Positions 1 to 8,230 of a DNA stretch of 13,159 bases are shown here, one piece after another (positions within the stretch are counted from its first letter, which is position 1; each line of letters begins with the position of its first letter). The DNA comes from an uncultured archaeon (lineage in GTDB: Archaea > Asgardarchaeota > Jordiarchaeia > Jordiarchaeales > Jordiarchaeaceae): contig CAZECW010000034.1 of the NCBI GenBank assembly GCA_964510585.1, positions 1 through 13,159 on the forward strand, read 5' to 3'. The notes below the pieces were generated by a model. That model was not told the DNA's origin and made no database searches. It saw only the letters and a list, made by a program, of their open reading frames with translations. Made by a program: the position numbers and the translations under genes.

Positions 1-38
1 AATAGAAAGAGAATGAAGGTTTCCATTGTTGTCTTATT

Positions 39-3000
39 TTAACTGCATGTGTTACCTACAAATAGGATGCCATCGCCTTGAGCTATGACTTTTGTTATTT
101 CTTGAGCAAATATTATTTTTATCCAGAGTGTGTCCCCGTTATTTGAACATTTGTAAACGTCCATATTCTTCTTATGAGTGACACTATCTATATGCCACAA
201 AGTATCATAGCCACAAATCACTAGATTGAAGGTATCACCCATTCTATATAGCTCAGCATAGCCCCTATGCCACTCTCGGTCAATTCGAATCTGACCAAAA
301 CCTTCTGCGATTTTTGCTTCAGCGACTGGGATCTGATATAAAGAGTATTCTCCGTACTTCGCTGGGCCTCTAAGAACGTAGATAGCCCCCTCAGAAGGAA
401 CCATAAATATACTTCCCACCTGGTCACTATCATAGATTGTGTTGTTCTTGGTGAATTGCAGCACCTTCCCTATGTCTATTTCTCCCCAGCTAGCATTGAC
501 TTGTTCTGACATACAGAACATTTTTGGGTCGCTCCAGTCACTGGGATCGAACTGACACTGTTTCATTTCGGGGCAACAGAATATTCCCTGTCTTGATAGC
601 CAGCCAGGACCCTGACCTACATATGTGTGTGGTTCTATATAAGCTGGGGGCTGGTTATCAAAACCATTATCGGGGTTAATCACTGTGCACATCTTTGCTG
701 GATCCAACTCCATCACCATAATGTTGCCCAAACTGTCGGAGACCTCAATACATTGCACATGTGATTCATAATTTGTGCCAACAAGTGGATTAATAGTATT
801 AATACACGCCTCTGCAAATGTTTTGGCTTCATAAATGTTATCCATATATTGTAATATCATTCTGGATTGAATCATAGCTGGCATCCCAAAGTCTTGGTGT
901 GGTCCCCCAATACTCTGTTCCACCTGTGCTAAGCCCTTTTCATTCATACCATTGAGACCTAAACAGCCCGCACCACTGAAGTAAACAACACGGTAGCCAA
1001 CCGTTGGAGTCACATCGACCAAAGTCATACCCGGTGTAGCAACAGACATAAAGTCGATGGTTGTTCCCGTAATAGTCTTTGCGTCTATTGTGGCAGAGCC
1101 CGTGGCTAAGAGAGCCGTGCATCCAAGTTTTTGCGGTTGTTCCTGACTCATTAATTCTCCTCCGTGAACATCAAGCCAATAACCCATGTCCACAAAAGAG
1201 TTAATAACCAGAATATCTTCGTAGGTTAGATCATTATATCCCTGAGCACGGCACCCGGCAGCGATTCCCGCCATCTCAAGCTTAAACTCGAGTGGGACAA
1301 AGTAACCCCACACGTTTGCGAGTTGATGCCAGATCTCCTCGGGAGCAATTGAGTATACGACCTGGGTTAGGTAATAGATTTCATCAGCACAGAGGGCTCC
1401 ATGTTGAAAACCCCTATTGTACGGGCCTCCAAACACGTGAATCACCTTCACTTGTGAAGGCCCTTCGCCAATGACTTCAGCGTATGGTTGCTTAGCACAT
1501 AGAGGTAATGTCTTTAATCCCAGCTCTTTGCCGAAGTCTAAAAAGGCATATTTACCCTTTGGGGCTGGATATTCACCTGAAGCCATCCAAACCTGTAGTT
1601 TCCCTGGGATAAATACCCAGCTGTATATCGTGCAGCTCTGTTTGATGATTGGTCGGACGATTCCATAGTACTGTTCGATTGGTCCTGTCACCTGAGTTTT
1701 AGGTCCAAGAGCGTTAATTGTGTTTCCGTATTCGGAGTAGTTAAGATATTTGTTTTGGAATAGGTCGTATCGGTCTCTAAGTATTGTAATGGCCTTTAGA
1801 ACTGTGATCCTTCCATAGAACTTGTTGAGTAGTTGATTGTATCTGTCAAAACGGCGGTCTATCTGTCGAACGTAATCTAACCAAACAGAAACTGGCCATT
1901 CGGGATTCCAAGAAATGCCGTAAGCTGCAGCTTGACCTGGAATCATCTCTTCGCACTCGTAATGGTTCGATGTGTGAATTGTTTGTGGAGGTGTTGTTTG
2001 ACAGGGGTTAATTGACCGTATGGCTACATTATCCGCTGAGATCTCGATGACCTTAGCTTCAGGAATCTTAGAGTCACTCACAACATGTGTGAAGCCTGCT
2101 GTTCTTGGCGTATTTTCAAATATCCAGAGAGCAGCATCTATGCTATCCGCATATTGGATAACGCTTCTCACTAGGAAGAAGTATGGAACTCCAGCAAAGC
2201 TCATTTCGGTAGTCCATGACGTTGTATCACCAATCGAAATACCCTCTATGTTCATTCCTGACAGAGTTCCTATCACTCCTATCCAACCCACTGATAGAAA
2301 CGGGTAGCCAGGCGTGTATCCCGGAATCGTAGGGTCAGGCTCAGGCTCCTGTACTATAAAGATTGTTGCGTTTGGTGCTATATTGTAGCTCTCAAAATCC
2401 GTGTTACCCCCTTGAATCAGTTCCCCTTTGTGTGTTGCATTCCCCCAAGCCGCAAAGTAGCTACATGAATATCCTGAGGAGATACTCTGCAAGTTGTATG
2501 TGATGTCTAGAAACGTGTTGATTAGTAGTATGTCATCAAAGGTGACTGGTGTGCCAGCATCTCTGAGAGCATCAGCTATTCCCTCCATTTCACTCCAGTA
2601 CTGAGGAGTATAAGCCTTAATAAAGGGAACCAAAGCATTGTATGCTATATCACGCATTATACTGTAACCCTCGTTGAAATGTTCCATGTCATAGCCACCA
2701 CCAACTTCCATACAAACAGGCGTAAGAAAACCACTACAAAGATTCGTTATTTCATTGCTAAGAAGCATACCATGCTGGTAACCCATCTCGTAAGGGGTAC
2801 CCCGAACATGTAAAAGTAGTTCTCCAGTTACTGTGTCTTGTTTCAAGCAACCATCATCATAGGTTCTAATTGTTTTCCAGTGGCCTTCACCTACACACAT
2901 CGCATCCATTTCAGGGTTTTTTAAATTTTCAGGCTGGCTACTTAGGGGAAACATCCAGCACATTGAAGCATTAGAAGAAGCCCCTTGAGACGTAACAAAC

Positions 3001-3074
3001 GAATAAGCACCCATAAAAAAGGTACCTATAAATATTACTGCAACTATTAGTGCGATTATCTTTATCTTTGACAA
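39..3074 (-). CDS. Exported tandem C45-family (Ntn-hydrolase, acyl-CoA:6-APA acyltransferase-like) cysteine hydrolase with two catalytic modules and a ~90-aa C-terminal extension
   Basis: 1011-aa ORF with a TTG start preceded by GAGAGG. N-terminal K-rich plus hydrophobic signal/anchor (MSKIKIIALIVAVIFIGTFFMGAY). The C45 pattern occurs twice: HVRGTPYEMGYQHG...EMEGIA...SC204SYFAAWGNAT...GMNIEG and HVFGGPYNRGFQHG...EMAGIA...GC652TALLATGSAT...GMNEKG. Several N-x-S/T sequons. Confidence 0.85.
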   Translation of the reverse strand: MSKIKIIALIVAVIFIGTFFMGAYSFVTSQGASSNASMCWMFPLSSQPENLKNPEMDAMCVGEGHWKTIRTYDDGCLKQDTVTGELLLHVRGTPYEMGYQHGMLLSNEITNLCSGFLTPVCMEVGGGYDMEHFNEGYSIMRDIAYNALVPFIKAYTPQYWSEMEGIADALRDAGTPVTFDDILLINTFLDITYNLQSISSGYSCSYFAAWGNATHKGELIQGGNTDFESYNIAPNATIFIVQEPEPDPTIPGYTPGYPFLSVGWIGVIGTLSGMNIEGISIGDTTSWTTEMSFAGVPYFFLVRSVIQYADSIDAALWIFENTPRTAGFTHVVSDSKIPEAKVIEISADNVAIRSINPCQTTPPQTIHTSNHYECEEMIPGQAAAYGISWNPEWPVSVWLDYVRQIDRRFDRYNQLLNKFYGRITVLKAITILRDRYDLFQNKYLNYSEYGNTINALGPKTQVTGPIEQYYGIVRPIIKQSCTIYSWVFIPGKLQVWMASGEYPAPKGKYAFLDFGKELGLKTLPLCAKQPYAEVIGEGPSQVKVIHVFGGPYNRGFQHGALCADEIYYLTQVVYSIAPEEIWHQLANVWGYFVPLEFKLEMAGIAAGCRAQGYNDLTYEDILVINSFVDMGYWLDVHGGELMSQEQPQKLGCTALLATGSATIDAKTITGTTIDFMSVATPGMTLVDVTPTVGYRVVYFSGAGCLGLNGMNEKGLAQVEQSIGGPHQDFGMPAMIQSRMILQYMDNIYEAKTFAEACINTINPLVGTNYESHVQCIEVSDSLGNIMVMELDPAKMCTVINPDNGFDNQPPAYIEPHTYVGQGPGWLSRQGIFCCPEMKQCQFDPSDWSDPKMFCMSEQVNASWGEIDIGKVLQFTKNNTIYDSDQVGSIFMVPSEGAIYVLRGPAKYGEYSLYQIPVAEAKIAEGFGQIRIDREWHRGYAELYRMGDTFNLVICGYDTLWHIDSVTHKKNMDVYKCSNNGDTLWIKIIFAQEITKVIAQGDGILFVGNTCS

Positions 3075-3155
3075 CTCTCAACCTCTCTTCCCTTTGCTAT
3101 TTTAAAGTGCCGTCGTGACACTTCAGTAAAACTAACTTCTCAAGGTTTAGATATC

Positions 3156-3173
3156 CTATATAAACTATATAAA
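3156..3173 (-). promoter_or_regulatory. Tandem TATA-like boxes (TTTATATAG x2) upstream of the C45 gene
   Basis: Exact 9-bp tandem repeat CTATATAAA at 3156-3164 and 3165-3173 (TTTATATAG on the minus strand), about 80-100 nt upstream of the TTG at 3074. Another TTTAAAA lies near 3100-3106. Confidence 0.4.
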
Positions 3174-3466
3174 AGTTTAGATTCTTTGTTCAGTTTTTCA
3201 AGACCTTCACACACCAGCTCCAGACCTAAGGAATTTTTGAAGCTACATATTTTGCCCTTTAGATAATCTTTTAGCCTATCCTCATTTCATTCAGGTTTGA
3301 TTATTCTTATCGTATCAGGCATTTAAGAAGCTAAAAGGTTATTTCCTAGAAGTATAGAGAACCAAGTTTTAGAAGTTTTAACTGTTCTAGTTTACTGTTT
3401 TTTAATAAAAAATTTGAACCCATACTCTAAATTGGAAATAACTATTTCGTGGTGGGAGGCATCAGT

Positions 3467-4049
3467 TTACTTTTTTACAAGTGAAGTAAATTATTTCGCA
3501 AAATTCTGAATCTGATCCCAGTCTCGGAAATTATTCCTTCCATTCAAACCTATTTTCGTACCATACTGTTTGATCATTTGTTTCAATAACATCTTCAGCG
3601 TTCCCTTTGCCATGCCACTCACTCTTGAGGATTCAGAAAAATGTAAACTTTCCCGAAGGCGTCATAAATATCCGCTTCGAATCGTATTTTGGCCATTAAC
3701 TTTTTCCAAATAATCACGCTTACCTTGCTCATATGTTTCTGGAAATGAAGCAGAGCCACAACCCACAAACGAGCCAAGTATCTTCTCTTTCTTCCGGATT
3801 TCAGCTTCATGTTTCTTCAGAAATTCTTTGGGCTCATTCATCCTAATTGCAAATCGCAATACTGAACCCAACTAGAACTCCATCAAAGGGTTCTAGAGAA
3901 GGACATTCCTTAGATTTCGTTTTCTTAAGATTAACGAGTTGGACTTTCAGTCCCTCTTTCTCTAAAGTCTACCCAATCGCTTGAGAAATCTACTCGGTGC
4001 TTCCATAACGAGTACAAAATCAATCAAAACTTTTTTCTGGCATAATCAT
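3467..4049 (-). pseudogene. Flavodoxin-domain protein (Flavodoxin_5/HemG-like), disrupted
   Basis: Joining frames gives MIMPEK/VLIDF/TRYGSTE*ISQAIG*TLEKEGLKVQLVNL...FDGVLVGFSI.../EPKEFLKKHEAEIRKK...SFVGCGSA...YLEKV/...DAFGKVY/...RDWDQIQNFAK*. This includes the FMN-binding (S/T)xYGST loop and the C-terminal RDWxxI motif typical of this family. There are at least two internal TAG codons and several frameshifts. The ORF-track entries 3619..3810 and 3662..3871 are fragments of it. Confidence 0.85.
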
Positions 4050-4123
4050 ACACCACAACTCATATTTACTAGAACCACTGATTATTATCTCCGTTTTTTG
4101 CAAACATAAATAAAATATACGAT

Positions 4124-4129
4124 AAAAAA
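4124..4129 (-). terminator. Putative oligo-T terminator after the hydrolase
   Basis: T6 run on the minus strand about 17 nt after the TGA at 4146; archaeal intrinsic terminators are oligo-T tracts. Confidence 0.35.
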
Positions 4130-4145
4130 GCTTGGTTAGCAAAAA

Positions 4146-4943
4146 TCATTTACCAATGAATCTTAGAATGGCCAGGTTAAATTCGTCTGGTTTTTCGAGC
4201 ATAAGCATGTGCCCTGCATCTGGAATTATTTCAAGCACTGAGCCCTTAATGTTTTCGTGTAGTAACTGGGCCATCGATATGGGAATTAGGGAATCCGCTC
4301 CAGCTATTATGAGGGTCGGAATATTAATCTCTTTAATCTTCTCCCTTAGGTCTACTCCCCTTCCCGCCTCAAAATCGTTAAGCCAAATGCTCGGGTCATA
4401 AACCGACTCCGTGGGAAGATATTTCAGTATAGGCAATAGGTTCCCTTTTTCAAGCGTTTTTTTAGAGAAAAGCATTGGTATAATTGCTCTGCCGAGTGCC
4501 TCAGGTGGTTGATCGAGGAAGAAACTGCGAAGGGTTTCTGAACTTCCGGACTGGTTTGGAACTCTGGTTGGATCAGGAAACCTTGCAGCGCTGTCAACTA
4601 TAATGAGTTTCTCGAAAAGCTCGGGATGCTTCAGGGCTAGTTGCTGAACTATAAGCCCACCCAATGAGTGGCCGGCTATAATAGCATGTTTAAGTTTAAT
4701 CTCTTTCATGAAGCCAACTAAGTGGTCAGCGTATCTTTCTATGGTAGCTTTTTCCTTCAGGCGTTCAGAATTTCCGTGCCCCGGCAAATCTATAGCAATA
4801 ACTCTGAGCTTCTTTGATAGTTCGGAAAGCTGGATGCCCCAGTACTGGCTGGTGCCGCCCGCCCCATGTACCAGAATTAATGTTCTTCCCTTCCCTTTGG
4901 ACTCATAGAAGGTCTTCAGACCATTAATGTTTACAAAAGGCGT
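4146..4943 (-). CDS. Alpha/beta-fold hydrolase (Ser-Asp-His triad); probable ACG start, 265 aa
   Basis: The frame stays open upstream of the track start at 4787 and gives (ACG)PFVNINGLKTFYESKGKGRTLILVHGAGG...AIDLPGHG, the typical N-terminus including the HG oxyanion loop. Nucleophile elbow GHSLGG, acid GADSLIP, His in AGHMLMLEKP. GAGGTG (4957-4952) lies 8 nt before the ACG at 4943-4941. Confidence 0.9.
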   Translation of the reverse strand, partial: TPFVNINGLKTFYESKGKGRTLILVHGAGGTSQYWGIQLSELSKKLRVIAIDLPGHGNSERLKEKATIERYADHLVGFMKEIKLKHAIIAGHSLGGLIVQQLALKHPELFEKLIIVDSAARFPDPTRVPNQSGSSETLRSFFLDQPPEALGRAIIPMLFSKKTLEKGNLLPILKYLPTESVYDPSIWLNDFEAGRGVDLREKIKEINIPTLIIAGADSLIPISMAQLLHENIKGSVLEIIPDAGHMLMLEKPDEFNLAILRFIGK

Positions 4944-4978
4944 ATTGAATACACCTCTCCAAATCCATGCTTTAAATA

Positions 4979-6094
4979 TTATATCCTTGATTCTCCCTTT
5001 ATTTTTTCCTGAATTTTTGGTCCATGCTTGTTTATAGTTTCCGTCATTGCTCTTACGTTTTCCAGTTTGGTTTCTGTTGAGGGTGAGATTTCGCAGCCTG
5101 TTGAAATAACGAATTTTGATTTATGTCCTGATTCTATTAGTGCCTTTGCAACTTCTTCCATGAAGTTTCGTGTGGCTTTCTTTACCACTTCTAAGGTTCC
5201 AAAGGTGAAAAGCTGGGTGTTTAGAGAGCCCACAATCATTGTGTCATCACTGTACTCTTTTACTATTTTGGATATTGAGCGGTTTTCTCCCCTATCCGGA
5301 TATGTTGCTAGGCTGTAGAGGGGACACTGATACTCTCTGATTTGAATATCCAGCATTGGCGACTCGCCGCAATTGTGAATACTGTACATGTATCCCTTCT
5401 CAAGGATTTTCCTCCTTATTATCGGCTCATATTTACTTTCAAGATTCCTGTAATCATCATCACTCATTATTGTGCGATTGCCCCATAAGTAGTCCATGCA
5501 TATTGCTCCAGCACCTCCCCCATCAGGGTAGCAGTCCAGATACTCAACTATCGCCTCTGTTATTACTTTTAAGGCAGTATCAACAGCTTTGGGCTCTCTC
5601 TTCACATCTTTGAGAACTCTTTCGACCCCTGCAAGCTGAGTTAAAACAAGAAGTGGGCCTTCAACAAGCACAGAGAATGGAACCTGTCCTGCAACCTTTT
5701 CCATTATTAGCTTGGTGGTCTCAATCTGGTGCTTCATCCTCGCCCCAGGTATCTCGGGTGCCTCAAGCTTCTCATAGTCATCAACACTCCTTATTAGGAA
5801 TTCTTCCACCATAGGCGTGTTTTCCTCGGGGAAGCGCACCTTCGCCCCAAAATCCCCTGCAATAACAGACAAATCAATGAGTAACGGTATAACGTCCATG
5901 TCAAACTCCTTCTGAGCCGCTAGAAGCGAATTTGCAGCAACTTTAGAAATTGTACTGTACTCCCTATGTGTGGCTCCCACAAGCCTCCTACTCAAACCAC
6001 AAACCATGGGAAAAGCGGGAAGTCTGTCTACAGGCTCATCAACAATGGCGTTAAATATTCTTTCAAAGTGACTCATCTTCCCCACATTGTTCAC
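4979..6094 (-). CDS. URO-D/MtaA-CmuA family cobamide-dependent methyltransferase
   Basis: N-terminal ERIxxAIxxEPVDRLP, DLSVIAGDFGAKV, EGPLLVLTQLAG, Zn-site H-x-C (IHNCG) and C-terminal STGCEI. The GTG at 6094 overlaps the upstream stop (GTGA); alternative starts are GTG 6085 and ATG 6076. Confidence 0.9.
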   Translation of the reverse strand: MNNVGKMSHFERIFNAIVDEPVDRLPAFPMVCGLSRRLVGATHREYSTISKVAANSLLAAQKEFDMDVIPLLIDLSVIAGDFGAKVRFPEENTPMVEEFLIRSVDDYEKLEAPEIPGARMKHQIETTKLIMEKVAGQVPFSVLVEGPLLVLTQLAGVERVLKDVKREPKAVDTALKVITEAIVEYLDCYPDGGGAGAICMDYLWGNRTIMSDDDYRNLESKYEPIIRRKILEKGYMYSIHNCGESPMLDIQIREYQCPLYSLATYPDRGENRSISKIVKEYSDDTMIVGSLNTQLFTFGTLEVVKKATRNFMEEVAKALIESGHKSKFVISTGCEISPSTETKLENVRAMTETINKHGPKIQEKIKGESRI

Positions 6095-6738
6095 CCCAGT
6101 AGTCTTTTAAAAAGCTCCACAGCCTCCAAAGCATTCGTGGCGTAAATGTGTGCACCAACATCATCTGCAAATTCCCCCGAAACAGGAGCACCACCAACAG
6201 CAATTTTGACCCTAGGCGCAAGGCCCTTCTCGTAGAGTAGACTCGCAACTCTTTCCATGTTCTTCATGGTTGCGGTCATAAGAGTGCTCATTGCCACCGC
6301 GTCTGCACCCTGCTTTTCAACCTCTGAAACAAACTTTTCAACAGGAACGTCTCGACCGAGATCTATTACATTAAACCCTGCGGCTGTAAGCATAGTTTTT
6401 AGGATGTTTTTTCCAATATCGTGGACGTCTCCCTCGATTGTTCCAATAATAATCTTCTTTTTCGCATCCCTCTCAGCTATTTTTACGTGGGGCTCCAGAA
6501 CACGCAAGGCGGCATATATTGTGTCCGAGGATAAAAGTAGATCGGGTAAAAATATTTCGGAATTTTCATATTTCTTGGCTATTTCAAGCATACATTCCCC
6601 CAAAGCTTTGACAGCCGCTAAAATGTCCATCTTTTGCTCAACAATTTTAGTAGCTGTCTCAATTGCATTCTTCTCATCATAATCAACAACCGCTTTTTTC
6701 AACTTCTCAAAAATTTCATCGCCAGACAAGATTACCAC
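6091..6738 (-). CDS. Corrinoid (cobalamin B12-binding) methyl-carrier protein, MtaC/MtbC/MttC-like
   Basis: Helical cap domain (YENSEIFLPDLL) followed by the canonical D-x-H-x-x-G motif (GTIEGDVHDIGKNI), S-x-L (MSTLMT) and GG (VGGAPV). Start is GTG 6738 or TTG 6729. Confidence 0.95.
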   Translation of the reverse strand: MVILSGDEIFEKLKKAVVDYDEKNAIETATKIVEQKMDILAAVKALGECMLEIAKKYENSEIFLPDLLLSSDTIYAALRVLEPHVKIAERDAKKKIIIGTIEGDVHDIGKNILKTMLTAAGFNVIDLGRDVPVEKFVSEVEKQGADAVAMSTLMTATMKNMERVASLLYEKGLAPRVKIAVGGAPVSGEFADDVGAHIYATNALEAVELFKRLLG

Positions 6739-6919
6739 AAGCCCTTAAAGAAGCAAATAATGAAATTATACATATATCGTTCTACACATCAACTTTAAAG
6801 CCCTTTTCCTCCGGAACACTAGGTTGACGCATAACTATTTCTGGTACCTTTAACAAACATTTAAATGTAATAAACACCCATAAAGGTGAATGAGGGAAAA
6901 TTTTTGGAGGAATTGTGTT
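6739..6919. promoter_or_regulatory. Divergent promoter region between the methyltransferase operon and the thiolase/CoA-ligase genes
   Basis: About 180-nt AT-rich gap between head-to-head genes. It contains two TATA-like palindromes, CTTTAAAG (6793-6800) and ACATTTAAATGT (6857-6868), and GGAGG at 6906-6910. Confidence 0.55.
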
Positions 6920-8158
6920 TTGGAAGAAGTGTACATAGTTGATTATTTAAGATCTCCATTTTCCAGGTCGAGACCTGCGGAACCCGATAGAGACGTATTT
7001 AACAAGGTGTACATGCCTGACGTTGCTGCTATGCTTGTAAATAAAATAATTGAGAGAACGGGCATAAATCCAGAGGAAATAGGAGATGTTGTTACCGGGT
7101 GTACTATGCAGATGAAGGAGAACTGGCTTTATGGTGGACGTGTCATAAATATGCTTGCTGGGCTTCCAATGAATGTTGCGGCTCAAGCTATAGATCGCGT
7201 GTGTATTTCTGCTATGTCAGCAATTCATAGAGGTGCTATGGAAATAATGACTGGTTACTCAGAAGTTTGCTTCGCCTGTGGGATAGAACACATGACTCAC
7301 CTGCCAATGCAGTTAGATCTCAACCCACACATAGGAGTGAGTCCTACACTAATGAAGCCCGAGTTTGTGCAGAAGTACGACTTGCTAACTGCAATGAGTA
7401 TGGGTCTGACGGCAGAGAAGCTCTTCGCAAAGTACAAGGACAAATTTGGCTGGACAAAAAGAGATTTAGACGAGTTCGCAGTGAGAAGCCACCAGCTTGC
7501 AGCAAAAGCCCTCAAGGAGGGATACTTCAGAAACGGTGCAGGGTACCCCCAGGGCAGAAAAGAGGGAGAAATAATACCAGTAGAAGCCGAAATGCCCGAC
7601 GGAACAAAGAGAATAATAGACTCTGACCAGTCCATAAGACCAGAAACCACACTGGAAGCGGTTGAAAAACTCAGACCCGCATTCAAACCCGACGGCGTCA
7701 TCACCGCTGGAAACTCCTCCCCACTCAACGCTGGAGCCACAGCAATGCTTTTGATGTCCAAGAAGAAAATGAAGGAGTACGGCTTGGAACCAATGGCCAG
7801 AATAATTTCAATGGGCTGGGCGGGCGTTGACCCAAGCGTAATGGGCGAGGGACCGGTGCCAGCCACACAGATGGCACTAAAACACGCCAAACTGCAGGTT
7901 AAAGACATAGACTTCTGGGAAATAAATGAAGCCTTCACAGTAGTAACACTCTACGCAATCAAAGCCCTGGGACTGGATAAGGAGAAAGTTAATGTGAAGG
8001 GAGGAGCAACAGCCATAGGACACCCACTGGGCTCCACAGGAGTAAGAATCACCGGAACACTGGCCAGAATACTGCAAATCGAGGACGCACGTTATGGCTG
8101 CGCCACACTCTGCGGTGGTGGCGGACAGGGAGGAGCAACAATAATTGAACGGGTATAA
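6920..8158 (+). CDS. Acetyl-CoA C-acyltransferase (thiolase)
   Basis: All catalytic motifs are present: DRVCISAMSA (Cys), EINEAF, AIGHPLGSTG (His), CATLCGGGGQG (Cys), and GVITAGNSSPLNAGA. The likely start is TTG 6920, 9 nt after GGAGG; the track start is 6890. Confidence 0.95.
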   Translation: MEEVYIVDYLRSPFSRSRPAEPDRDVFNKVYMPDVAAMLVNKIIERTGINPEEIGDVVTGCTMQMKENWLYGGRVINMLAGLPMNVAAQAIDRVCISAMSAIHRGAMEIMTGYSEVCFACGIEHMTHLPMQLDLNPHIGVSPTLMKPEFVQKYDLLTAMSMGLTAEKLFAKYKDKFGWTKRDLDEFAVRSHQLAAKALKEGYFRNGAGYPQGRKEGEIIPVEAEMPDGTKRIIDSDQSIRPETTLEAVEKLRPAFKPDGVITAGNSSPLNAGATAMLLMSKKKMKEYGLEPMARIISMGWAGVDPSVMGEGPVPATQMALKHAKLQVKDIDFWEINEAFTVVTLYAIKALGLDKEKVNVKGGATAIGHPLGSTGVRITGTLARILQIEDARYGCATLCGGGGQGGATIIERV

Positions 8159-8173
8159 ACCCTAAACCCAAAA

Positions 8174-8181
8174 TTTTTTTT
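8174..8181 (+). terminator. Putative oligo-T terminator after the thiolase
   Basis: T8 run 15 nt after the TAA at 8158. Confidence 0.45.
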
Positions 8182-8230
8182 ATTTCCTCAATATTACAAC
8201 TTATTTTCCATTATAGGTGACAATCATTCT

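Noticed and set aside
1-26. Possible start of a downstream minus-strand gene (METFILFL...)
   Set aside because: Only eight codons are visible and there is no SD; the pyrimidine-rich run fits a terminator equally well.
3207-3322. Tiny interrupted frame MPDTIRIIKPE*NEDRLKDYLKGQNM*LQKFLRSGAGV*
   Set aside because: It is too short and has too many stops to distinguish from chance, though it could be a gene fragment.
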